A stretch of 64,000 nt of DNA from Entomortierella parvispora E1425 (taxonomy: Eukaryota > Fungi > Mortierellomycota). This document shows positions 1 to 11,519 of this stretch, one piece after another; position 1 is the stretch's first letter; every line of letters begins with the position of its first letter. Under the pieces are notes generated by a model. It worked only from the letters and a program-made list of their open reading frames with translations, was not told the origin of the DNA and ran no database searches. Where the stretch lies: NCBI GenBank assembly GCA_020891255.1, contig BQFW01000001.1, positions 496,001 to 560,000 on the forward strand, read 5' to 3'. Made by a program: the position numbers and the translations under genes.

Positions 1-210
1 GAATATGGATTCCAGGAGCAAGGATTCTTTGGACCAGGAGGGCTGGATGCTGGTGCTAATGAGACGCTGCTTGGTCTTCGGTTTAGACTTGAGAGTCAGG
101 GCGATGGGAACGACAGTGCCAGTCAACGAGTTTCTGAACCCAAGAGGGTCCAGGCGGTGCATGTCTGTTTCTCCAAGACGGCCAAGAAGATGGACATGAA
201 GGATCTGAAG
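1..210 (+). pseudogene. BRN1: Fragment of condensin kleisin (Brn1/Cnd2/CAP-H) C-terminal region, copy 1 (runs off window start)
   Basis: Frame 1 reads ...GDGNDSASQRVSEPKRVQAVHVCFSKTAKKMDMKDLK, matching the CAP-H motif (Y/F)xKTAKKMDMKKLK; similarity ends after DLK; nucleotide-homologous to 34116-34330. Confidence 0.65.
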
Positions 211-1374
211 TTACCCACCAGCACTAGAAGTACCCACACACGCAGGTTCTATTCGCAATTTACCACTGACTTCAAGAAAACCAAGGCTGGGTCTCTATGA
301 AAATCTGCGATGGGCAAAAAGCAGATCTCAGTTGCAGCCACACAGGTTGCTTGCGGACTGTGCTTGGAACAAGACACCGATCTCTCGGTTGCGAGTAAGT
401 TATGCAATCCATTCTGTTATTTGTATGTTTGTATGAAGCAAGGACAAAGGGTGTCGTGGCCGCCAACAATGCGCTCGCTCTAGTCTCCGAACCGCCAATT
501 CGTGCCAGATCCAAAAGGTCACCAGGTTTAGGTGAGCGCAGACAAATCGTCATCTCTTGTCAAATAAAACCTCCCCAGAGAGCGGCCAGTGCATCAAGCG
601 ACAGCCTCCACCGACGGATGTTCGGGCGAGGACAAAGGGCAAGGAGAAAAGCGCCAGTGCTTCCAAGCCCCTCCGCTTCTTCTCCTGAGCCATCTTCCCC
701 ATCAAATATCTCCTACATTATCATCAAGACCGCGAGCGTGGGCCATGACAAGTTTCCGGCTACTCCGTCTTCGTCTCCTGTTGGGCAGTCCAGTCAGTTT
801 CAGCGACGTGTAACTGCAGCTCATGCTGGTCCACCTGTAAATAACTCTGCAACCCTTGAACCTGACCAGTGTGCCTCTCTTACACAAATTAAAGATGTTC
901 GTGATTCACGAGCCCTGCCAGCAGGATGCACGTAATGTAGTATATCTTCATCCGTTCTATGTTGAATAAAGAAGAAAAAAAATTAAAAGAAAGACAGAAA
1001 TGAAATCCGACTTGGACCGTGCACAAGGAGCGGGCTCAAAATGGGCGAAGCACGTTCTCCACCTGGTTTTCTCCCCGCTTCTCATCGGGTCATGTCTCCA
1101 TCTCCCCCAAGCTGGCTGTCCTTCATTCCTCCATCCTTCTTTCCAACAGCCCTTCTTCTCTCCTCCATGCACAGTTGCCCACATTCACACCATCTCATTC
1201 GGTCATTTGCTCGCTGCATCTCACGAATCACATGCCATGGCGCTTTTGACAGCACTTGTGAAGACCATTCAGGTCCAAGACGATCTTCATTCACATACAA
1301 GATCAAACTTTGTACGCGGCACAGTGGATATGATGTTCATTCATCACCAACTTGTAAAGTAGTTCCTTTTTTTT

Positions 1375-3858
1375 TTTTTTGAAGTCCATTTTTTTCGGTC
1401 AGAATATAAGAGAGAGAACAAGAATTTTAATAATAGAGTGCTTTGAACGGGAGTGGAAGTGGAAGAGAGTGCTTTGGTAGTGGGAAGAGAGTGCTTTGGA
1501 AGTGGGAAGAGAGTGCTATGGAAGTAGAAAAGAAAACTAGTAAAGGTAAGTTTCGAAGAAAAAAAATGGTTTGTGGAAGGGATAAAGTGAGTTGGGGTAC
1601 CAATTCCCCCGATGTTTGTTATAGATGCTGACGACTCCGTGCCATCACCACATCCCATCGGCAACATGGATTTGTGGAAGAAACAAAGAGCAGTACCAAG
1701 TCCCCGATGTTCGCTGACGACTCTGAGCCATCACCTCATCACATCGGCATCATGGATTACCGCCCACTATCCTAACTACACTAGGGCTAAACTAACTAGT
1801 CTAGAAGCGAAGGAAAGGGGGCGGAAGGACAGGACGTTTTCTCTCTTGATTCTTGATTCTTGTTTCTTGATTCTTGTTTCTTGTTTCTTGTATGGTTGGC
1901 CCTAGACCAAAGAGGGAGCAGGGAGGCAACTGCGTTTGAGAGGCAGGCCAGGCGGTCTGGTGGCCGAAGCAGGTCTTGAGGGCCGAGGTCAAGCCATGAG
2001 AAGGCAGACAACTTTGTGCCCGGGCTTGAAATTGAAAAGGCAGGAGATTTGCGGCCAAGGACTTGAAAGGGCAGGCAAGTTTGCGGCCAAAGACTTGGAA
2101 GGGCAGAAGAACTGGGCCGGGAGATCAAGACCATTGGGACCGGGGCCAAGGAGGGCAGGAGGGAAGCTGAAGAGCCGATGTCGTTGGACCGGAGGCACTT
2201 GTTGCTGGCCGAGGGGAGGATGGCATGACGGTGTGTATTTTTGTGTGCTCTATGTGCTTTGTGTGTGTGGAAGGGTATTTGAGAGGGGAGGAAGAAGTAT
2301 GAGGAGCAAAAGTGGAGGGTCAAGGTGGGTGTTTGTATGAAAAAGCAGTCGCCTCTCCCACAGGGATAAGTGAACTGAAGTCGGTTGGTCCCCATGCGAC
2401 GCGATCGTGATGAGAGAAGTTAAGTGAAAACAGACGCGACATTTTGCCATGAAAGGTGAATTTCAGCCAATTTTTTTTTTTTGGTTTTTCAAATTTGACA
2501 AAAAAAAAAGAAAACAAACGCGTCGTCGTCCATGTGGCTTTCATCCATTGCCCTTATTTCCTCCTTTCATCCAAAATCAACGCGTCTGTTTACTTATTCT
2601 TCCTCCCTTTGATGATGGCGGACCAATCGCCTTCCCTCCTTCCTGAATGACCGTATCGTTCCTTTATTCCCTCATCCGATAGCAAGGACTGTCTTCTCAT
2701 GTCATGGTGTCGCTATCTCGCTATCACATCTTTCTTGGACCAAAGTCCATGGAAGACCAGTCGACTTTGCTATCGCATCTGAGACCGCAGTCGACAAGCG
2801 ATAGCAGATAGAATCCATCCGAACAGTCCACTTTTCATACAAATACCCCCCACGATTCCCCTCTTTTTTTTGCTCCTAATCCTCAATTTTCTCTTCACTC
2901 CCTTTCCACACACATAAAGCACACAAAGCACACAAAGCACACAAAGCACACAAAGCACACAAAGCACACAAAGCGCACACCACCATGCTGCCATCCTCCC
3001 CTCGGCCAGCAACAAGTGCCTCCGGTCCAACGACATTGGCTCTTCAGCTTCCCTCCTGCTCTCCTTGGCCCCGGTCCCAATGGTCTTGATCTCCCGGCCC
3101 ACCTTTCCTGCCTTTCCAAGATTCTGGCTACAAACCTGCCTGCCATTCGAAGACTCTGGCCGCAAACCCGCCTGCCATTCCAAGATTCTGGCTAAAAACC
3201 TGCCTGCCATTCGAAGACTCTGACCGCAAACCTGTCTGCCCTTTCAAGCTCAAGCCTCGGCCTCAAAGTTGTCCGTCTTCTCTTGGCTTGACCTCGGCCC
3301 TCAAGACCTGCCTAGGCCACAAGACCGCCTGGACTGCATCTCAAACGCAGTTGCTTCCCTGCCCTCTTTGGTCTTGGGCCCCCCATCCAAGAAACAAGAA
3401 ACAAGAAACAAGAAACAAGAAATCAAGAATCAAGAGAGAAAACATCCTTGTCTTCCGTCCCCCTTCCTTCGCTTCTAGACTAGTTAGTTTAGCCCTAGTG
3501 TAGTTAGGATAGTGGGCGGTAATCCATGATGCCGATGTGATGAGGTGATGGCCCAGAGTCGTCAGCGAACATCGGGGACTTGGTACTGCTCTTTGTTTCT
3601 TCCACAAATCCATGACCCCGATGGGATGTGGTGATGGCACGGAGTCGTCAGCATCTATAACAAACATCGGGGGAATTGGTACGCCAACTCACTTTATCCC
3701 TTCCACAAACCATTTTTTTTTCTTCGAAAATTACCTTTTCTCCTCTTCTTTTACACTTCCATAGCACCCTCTTCCCTTTCATAATCTTCCTTTCAAAGTA
3801 ATCCATTAAAATTCTTGCTTTCCACCTTTTTTTCTGACAAAAAAAAAACCCTCAAAAA
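1375..3858. repeat. Large foldback (inverted-repeat) element: ~950-bp arms (~1375-2330 and ~2850-3858) around a ~520-bp spacer
   Basis: 1590-1830 is almost exactly the reverse complement of ~3440-3690; looser homology extends outwards to the poly-T/poly-A edges and inwards to ~2330/2850; arms contain internal tandem repeats (CTTGTTT/CTTGATT, AAGCACACA, ~32-bp units at 3110-3245). No TSD or transposase found. Confidence 0.85.
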
Positions 3859-5103
3859 AGATTTTGACATAAGTTGGTGATAAAAAACGTCAGATCCTTC
3901 GACCCGCTGCCAAAATTGATCTCGCGTTTGAAGGATCTTGTTTGAAAGGAGTAAGGCGGCTCAGGCAGCATTGTGAAGGAGATCAGCCGTGTTGGACCTC
4001 TGCAGTCTTCCCAAGTGCTGCGGGGTATGAGAATCGAGAGATGCATCGAGTCAATGACTGAGAGATGGAGTCATGGAGTGAGACAAGGTAAATGTGCATG
4101 CATGCGCATGAATGAATGGAATGCTGGAAGACGGATGGAGAGATTGAGAGATGGAATGGAAGCATGGGAAGAAAGAACACCAAAGTGGACGCGCTTCGCC
4201 CAAAGATCAAAGAAAAGAGCCCATTTTTCCCTTTGTTTTTTTTTTTGTCTTCTTTGTCCTTCTGGTCCTATGGACCTCTGGCCCTCATTCTTCGGACCAA
4301 CGCACCCGCGTCTCATCTCCACGGGTCATGAGTGAACAGGGTCTCCGTTCATCCTGCCGGTCCTCCCTCTTTGATCCACTTCATATATTGCCCATCGTTT
4401 TGCCACTGGCCTGATCTCCAATAACTCAAGGACCAACAACTGCCACATAGATTCGAGGTTGTCTCTTTCTGTCTTCGACCCAACCATCCCTTTATTTTTC
4501 TCTGTGCACTGCATCTCATCCAACCATGGACACCCACTTTTTTACAGCCCTCAAAACTAACATGATCTGCTGGTTCGCAAATGATGAGTCGGTAACCGGG
4601 AATCTGAGGTTCTGAAGTCAATGGCTGCGCATCGGCAGTTGCGACTAAGGTAATAAGGTATTCAACTGTATAATATGTATAATACCGCTGAATCTGACGA
4701 GGACAGAAGGATGAAAGTTGGTAAGATAAGCATCCGATCGCCATCCTCAGATCTTCAAGTCCTGGGAGTTGATATTGGGATGTTGGCGAGGGGTAAAATA
4801 ACATCCGTTGTTGTCCCTGAATCCTGCACCCAATGCTGGTGGATGGATGCAGGATGGATGGCGGTATCCATTGTTGGCCTCGAGTCGGACCAGATGTGAC
4901 TTGTGGACCTCATTCTGCCCAATGCTGTTAGGAATGTAAGAATAAGACTGTCCTTCGATGGTTCTTGGGTTTCTGACTGTTGCGATTGTTCTTGGGGTAC
5001 TGACTGACAGTTGCTGCAAGAGATGCATACTGTTCTTTACTATGTTCAGCTTTTTTTTTTTTTTTGGCGAAAATTGTCTTGACATGCACTGTAGTGATTG
5101 AGA

Positions 5104-8100
5104 TTACATCCTTGTCTTCTTGAGACTTTCCGCTTCCAGCGTGCCCAAAGCATGCCGCTTTATCGGACCTTTGATCCCATTGAGGAAGTCAACATGACTC
5201 TGTGGGAAGATCTCGCTAATATTACCCTTGTCAATTATGACTGTCACCTGTTTCAGACGCTTGTGCTTCGGATCAGGTCGGGGACGCAGATTGTATACGG
5301 GGTCAGGTCGGGGACGCAATTTGGCAACCACCGTGGCAGGATACGCAATGATCATACTGATATACGTGTTGTCGGTGGGGCAGAAACTACCGAGATCCTT
5401 CACGTGGTTCTCAATGTTATGAGCAGACACTGTCTTGAGAGCTGACTTGACAGCCGCTGTGACCATTATCTGGCGCAGTTTCAGCTGAGCAAAGACAGGG
5501 AACAGTTTCTCCTTAACCCTAATGTAAAAGACAACGTCGGGGCCTGAGGGCTTGGCCTTGGGGAAGAAGAACGGAGGGACGGCGCGGCCATTATGCATCG
5601 ATCCGTTATTGACATGGGCGCTCATAAATTCCTTCATCTGGATGTGCTCGTGTGATATCCCACACTGAAGTCCCTGCTCGTCCAGACCGACAATCGTCGC
5701 ATTCCCGTCGAGCGCCGAACACTGAGAGGAAATCGAGGGGTTGTGTGGCCAATCCGAAAGAGCGCGAGTCTTGAAAGTCTCAATAAAGACGTTCATCATC
5801 ATGAGCTCCCAGGCAAATCCGTGGACTGAAGCGTTATTCGACCGCTGCATCCATTGATCCATCGTCTTTATAAACCCTGCATCTCGAGCTCTCACATAGT
5901 TTTCGGCGGCTTTCATGGCGAATGGTTCATCAAGAACTGTTCTTGCTGCTCCGTCTACAATCTTGATGCGGCCGAAAGCGCGTTCTACCAGCTCCGGGAT
6001 TGCATCCTGAAGAACCAGGCTGTCAGCCCCGAACATGTATCGCTGGAAGAGAAGTAGACCAAGCACCTCCTCCACCGTACAAAGTTCTTGGAAGACGTCC
6101 AAGTTCTTGCGGTATTTGTCCTCGAGGCGAATAATCTCATGGATAAGATTCCCGTGCTCCCTTCGTTGCTCCCAAGACACAAGTCTGGCCTCCGTATATT
6201 CGATAGCCTGTTTCCAGAATCCAGGGGTTCCATTCGAAATGATGGTCTCTATCGCTGTCACGATAGGTCGAAACCTACCGACCAACGTCTTCAACAACAG
6301 ATCTCTCGCCTCTGGTGGCAGAAGGTCGTCCAACGCCAGCCTCGCATCCTCTGTCAGTAGTTGGTTTCGAACGCTCGCAATGTAGGTATCAACTGACTCT
6401 CGATTAGTCCATCCCATAAACTCCATATAATCGAATGCGCCAGACACACGTTTCATTCCAGAGCTTCGTGCCCAGTTGAGAGTATAAACGCTGAGCCCTG
6501 TCCCGGACGTTAAAATGGTGAGATCGCCTATGCTCTCAATATTCCGAAACCCATAGAGAATCGGAGACAAAAGCGGTCGATCAACCTTGGTTCCAGAAAG
6601 CGACTCGAAATGTCCAACGTGGTCCTCCCCCAGGATCTGCGCCTCATCGAGAACAACAAAAAGCCTGGTATCGACAAGGAATTGCGGCGCGCCTCCATGC
6701 ATAATAAGATATGCTCGTGTGTTCTGAAGAGCCTGGCGAACGATATCCATCAGAGCGGGCTCGTCCTCAACGGATCTCTGGTACAGCGGGAGTAATCTCT
6801 GGAACAGTTTCTCGAAGACATCCATGAACATATGAGGACAAGCTTGCAGAAGCGTCCACCTCGCGGATGTAAATGACTGGGAGCCATCAACTCGGAGGCA
6901 GAACTGGAGAATCAAGAGCCGGGATAGAAAGAGCAGGTAGGTCATCGTTCTTGCGTAGCGGTTGTTCGCACCGCGGTTCGTCCCCAGACGGGATCCAACC
7001 TGCGCCAGAAGAGTGCTCATGTCATCTGAACCTAGATCCTCCCCTGATGCATTAAAGTAGAATCCCCAATGGCGCGACAGAAGCTCTATCAAGCCACGGG
7101 TTTTTCCACATCCCGACACCCCGAATATCGGTACGTTTCCTGGACATCTTTTGATGAGATCCAAGATGGCGTCCGAGGTGAGTTCCTTCGACGGTTCACG
7201 GCTGGTAGAGGGGTCAGGTAGGTCCAGAAAGAGCAGACTAGGGTGCTTATCATCTCGGGCTTGCTGATTTCGTAGCCACACTCTTGGTAAGCCAGCAAAA
7301 CTTCCCGTTGTGCGCGGAAGACTTTCATGACCTTGTACAAATCGCGTAAGAAATCTAACCACTTCTGTCTCACGTGCGAAAAACCTTTCTGTGATCTTCT
7401 TGATGTCAATTCTGAGGTCACCTAGTTACATGACAAAGGAAGGTGTAAAGATCCAGTCTACAAAAGGGTGCAGAGCAAACGGGCATGATGACACTCACCA
7501 GACAGCGGGGAATCAGGACGCAAATCTTCAGAGAAAGGCGGTGCATGGACTATGATGGTGCAAAGAGATGGGAGCTTCAAGTTAGAGCATGGGGAAGACT
7601 TGAGACGCAAACAGCAATAAATGCGCGTGTGAATCACAAACAAGCTTATTTCACATGATGACCACAGCAGGAGCAACAATTGCAGTTGGAGAAAGGCAGA
7701 GCTGCATATAGCCTTTCACAAACAAGATAATGCGAGTGAGATGAAGCCTGTTGCATTACCTTGAGAGGGTGGTTGGACAATGATGTGGATGGTTTTCTCG
7801 GGCGGTTGTACTGAAAAGACGCGAGAGATCTTGTCGCTCTCATCAAGCTCCTCCTTCGACGGGACTTTATCGAGCAAGATTTCCCTGCGGTCCTTCTTGG
7901 GCAAAAGAGGAATCGAGACCTTCCAGAGCGTAAGTAGTTCTGGTGCAATACCAGGAAACCGAGCTGGCGTGCAGATGAGCTGCTTGAGATGGTCCACCGT
8001 TTTTGTCGGCAATATGTCGGCAGAGAATGTCGTTGATCGACCATCAACAACACAGCATAGGCTTATTTCACTGTTAGGAATGAGGCTGTCAGTGCTGTCG

Positions 8101-8270
8101 GCCATGGTGCTGTCGGTCATGGCGGATAGAGAGATGGCTGGTTGCGAGGATGAGTCCACTGGGAAAGAACGGCTCGTAGAACTCTGTGGTTGGTTCGTCG
8201 AGCTTCCTGATGATCTCAGTAGGAGGTTGCTGCTTGATTTCGCTTTCGCTTTGCCTTTGTTCTTTGCCAT
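5104..8270 (-). CDS. CRN: Crinkler (CRN) family protein copy 1: N-terminal ubiquitin-like CRN header + P-loop NTPase + C-terminal restriction-endonuclease-like domain; exons 8270-7760, 7549-7499, 7421-5104 (~959 aa)
   Basis: Header motifs LCCVVDG...LWKVSIP...HIIVQPP; GT-AG introns splice in frame to VHAPP...SPLSG/DLRIDIKKITERFF; Walker A GVSGCGKT, Walker B VVLDEAQ, GTGLS; REase-like PDVVFY; open to TAA at 5104. Start could alternatively be MTDST at 8120. Confidence 0.85.
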
Positions 8271-8563
8271 TGTGGAGAGAATGCTTCGAGCGAGTGTTGC
8301 AAGTGGCGGATAAATGAATCTTGAGAAACAGGTTGATTGTTTATTTGTGATTGAGAGAGAAAGAGTGATGGAGGTAGGAGTGATGGAGGAAGGAGTGTGG
8401 AAAGGAGTGATGGATGTACATGAGAAAGCAGGATAATCCACGCCATAATTACGCCCAATCAAGTTTGAATGTTTGAATAAAAATGCTTGTATACGTGAAA
8501 TTCTAAACTCATTATTTTTTTTATTTTTTTTTTATTCTAATTGCTGCACCTGGCTTTCTCTGT

Positions 8564-10372
8564 CTAGCTGTCATTATCACTCTCGTCTGTATCCTCGTCT
8601 TCGGACTCGTCCAGATAGATAATATCGTCAGCCATGCGCTCATATGGGAGTACATTTATCCGATCCTGCCTGATGTAGTTGTCGGCGACTGTGTTTGAAT
8701 GATTAACCAGGCCAAACCACTTTTCGTCATATCTAATAAACCCATCCAAGTCAGTCCCATCATTGACCTTTGCGACATAGTTCTTGGTCAAGCCCCATGC
8801 TTGCTCAATTGGATAAAGGTCAGGGTGGCATGGTGGCAACCACAAAGTCTTATGTCCAAATCTTTCTATGATCTTCTCCGTTTTCAAAGGGATTCTGAAC
8901 CGTTCTTCTTGAGCCATTGCGTAAAGGGCTGGCTTTTTGAGTTGCTTGAGTTGTTCCTCATCCTGGCCGAATCGCTTGAGGCGCCCTATGAGCTCTGGCT
9001 TGCTTAGCTGCGACAGGGTCTTCCGTTTTAGCTCCTCAGCCTGGACGATATCCTCCCAGTCAGGATCGCTTGCCTCCTCAGTGTCAGCGTAGACCTCATC
9101 AACACCATTTACCACGCCCGCCTCTTCTAATCCATGAATAGGGGCTTGTTCTTCGAGATCATCCTCAGGAGAAGACTCACGACGGTGGTACTTTGCGTTG
9201 TCCATTACGAAAACTACATCTTCGTGTCCTTCTGTCCGACACTGTGTGCAGAAATCAGACAGGTACCGTTCAAATATCGCTGAGTTCATGTTCTCATGAT
9301 AATCAGACGTGCCTTCATACTTTGCGGGCCATACCTTCGGTTCGCCAATCCACCCAAAGGTACAGCCGGCATGAAGGATACAGTATCGTTTCCCTTTGTT
9401 CTTCCTGACCACAAGCATCCCAGGCATAAACCAGGATTTGTTTGCTACATGGTTTTGATTACAAAATGTCTCATCGATGTATACCACAAGAGCATTCCTG
9501 TCGCATGCTGCGTGTAATCCTTGCAAATATCGCTTCCTCTTTTTTTTAATGTCCTCTGTATCGACAAAGTTCTTCGTGACCCCGACATCCTTGTAAACAA
9601 ACCCCATCTTGTGCCTGAGAAGCCGAATGGTCTCACGACTGGGAACCTGCAAGGCTCGTGGCTTTGGAGCCATTGGCCCCTCTTCCTCCTCCTCTCCCAC
9701 CATATCTGTTCCTTGCTCATCTCTGCCCACCTCGTCGTTGATCTCCAATACTTGCTTGTTCCTTTGAGTCAATGCTTCTCGCTCTGGTGTGTTCCGATGG
9801 GTAATCATCGCGGCGGCGGCTGCTACATTCCTCTCGTTTTCCTCAACAACATTGTACCAAATGCAAAGTTGATTATAGAGGACCTGTGTAGTGACCGTTT
9901 TACCCTGGGCATTCAACTCTGTGACACATCGTCGAATATCACTGATGTAGGTCTCGATCAGCACATAACGAGCGTGTCGTCCACGCTTGTCCACGGACGA
10001 TTCCCTGGTAATGACATTGGTAACAGCATTCAGAGCAATTCCAAGATAATGTGCAGTCCTTGCAAGGGGATTTGATGTTAAAACGACTCTACCATTGTAC
10101 TTCTCCTGCTTGCATATCTCATAGCAGTGATGTACGCTTCGACGCTCATCCGATGAAAGTGCCTTGCCCCTTCTTCGCTTGTATTGATCAACAACCGCTG
10201 TATTTGTTGTTTTAGGGCTTTTCTTGGGCCGTCTAATATCCTCTTGTAGTTTCTTGACCTTGTTCTTGAGTCTCTGGATTTCAGACAACGCGTGTAGCTT
10301 TGCATCAGATACAACCTTGCGAAGATCCAAGTCCCTCGTCGATGTTGAACGTCGTGACAAAGGCCAGATCAC
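8564..10372 (-). mobile_element. IS630-Tc1-mariner superfamily DDE transposase (602-aa ORF), expanded DD131E spacing, probably 5'-truncated
   Basis: Motifs VYIDETF, YCILHAG, DYHENMN, VMDNAKYH, LWLPPCHPDLYPIEQAWG; a TA dinucleotide at 8450-8451 marks where homology with the other CRN copy stops, a candidate insertion site. Confidence 0.85.
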
Positions 10373-11515
10373 CTAGGATGAGTGACATTCCTCTTTGAAA
10401 TATGGAAGTCATTGGTTTCGAACCAAAAGGGGCACGAGCAAACATGTATTGTTTGCCGTCGTGCATGAAGGCAGTCAAGGGCTGACTCTCCTTTGTGAGT
10501 GCCAACCGATGATACGCCTGGAATAGATCGAGTGTGGAGAAGAATCGGTGACCAGCCGCTTTCTCTAGAATGTCTGCTACTTGAGGTAGCGTGAAGTTGT
10601 CAGTGTCTTCTGAGACTGTTGAGTGACGAGGGTCTAGACACACTCGGTTTTTGAGGAGGTTGTCTTCTAGATCGTGCCTTGCAGCCATTGTAAAAAAAAA
10701 AAAAAAAAAGTTTGTTCATATGAGGAGTGTCGTGCGGTGCTAGAACAATGACACCGTCGTTCAACCATCCTGATATTTGAGCATCCACCTCCCCCTTTTG
10801 AGATTCGGAGAATGGTTTAGAGGAGCGTTGGAAGACGGTTGTGCCGTCCTTGGTTGTAAGATGAACCTTCATGGAGGGATGAGGACAACAGCTTTGGGGA
10901 TCAATTGCTGCATTCTCTGCAAGGGGAGCGCCGATTGCGGACAGGAAATCCTGTCTTTGAGATTTAAACTCTTCGGAGTTTTCATGATCGGGGCGTGTGG
11001 AGGACACAATAGAAGGTTTTTTGTCAGATTCGACGTTGTCATGTAAGAGGTCTGGACGTTTGAATTGGATGCCACTAATGGAAAAACCTAGTCGGGAAAA
11101 CAGGTCCATTCCTAAATAGCAATCGTAGCTGTCCAGCTTCATGACATCGAGTTGGTAGTTGAGAGCGCGGCCATTGCAGCCGACTTGAACAGCCTGAGTA
11201 GTGATGTAAGTGGGATTGACATGATCAGGGTTGGCTAACACAATTTTGATGCCTGAAAGCAGAGTAGTTGGGATGCATGGCTCTTCAGCTACTTGTGGAT
11301 TAATTGTTGTCTGTGTGCAACCCGTGTCAAGCCGAGCTGTATACTCAACACCATTGAAAGTGATAGGAACTACAAGTCTTGTATCTTCTGGTTTTTGGCC
11401 AGTGAATGCACAACTGGAGCGATCAAATTGATCGGCAGGGAAAAAAGGAACTGCTTGCGCAGGAGTAACATTATGGAATCTCCAAGGGTCAGTTCGCACC
11501 ACCTCCAGCAAACGC
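10350..11515 (-). mobile_element. Ty3/Gypsy LTR-retrotransposon pol fragment (aspartic protease + N-terminal half of RT), decayed
   Basis: ARLDTGCTQTTI protease motif; RT motifs FFSTLDLFQAYH, TAF, YMFARAPFG; frameshifted by an A18 run (10692-10709); truncated near the YxDD position; no LTRs seen. Confidence 0.85.
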
Positions 11516-11519
11516 AGAT

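Noticed and set aside
402-935. 177-aa plus-strand ORF
   Set aside because: Low-complexity, no recognisable motif; not supportable as a gene
1796-3667. Multiple ORFs within the foldback arms (e.g. 1612-1905 and its mirror 3341-3667)
   Set aside because: By-products of the inverted repeat and microsatellites; no domain signatures
3852-5085. Protein-like minus-strand fragments (e.g. 4349-4804)
   Set aside because: Could be a decayed gene, but no family could be recognised and no consistent exon chain built
5093-8453. CRN duplicated segment as a Helitron or TIR element
   Set aside because: No TC...CTRR ends, no terminal inverted repeats and no TSD at either copy
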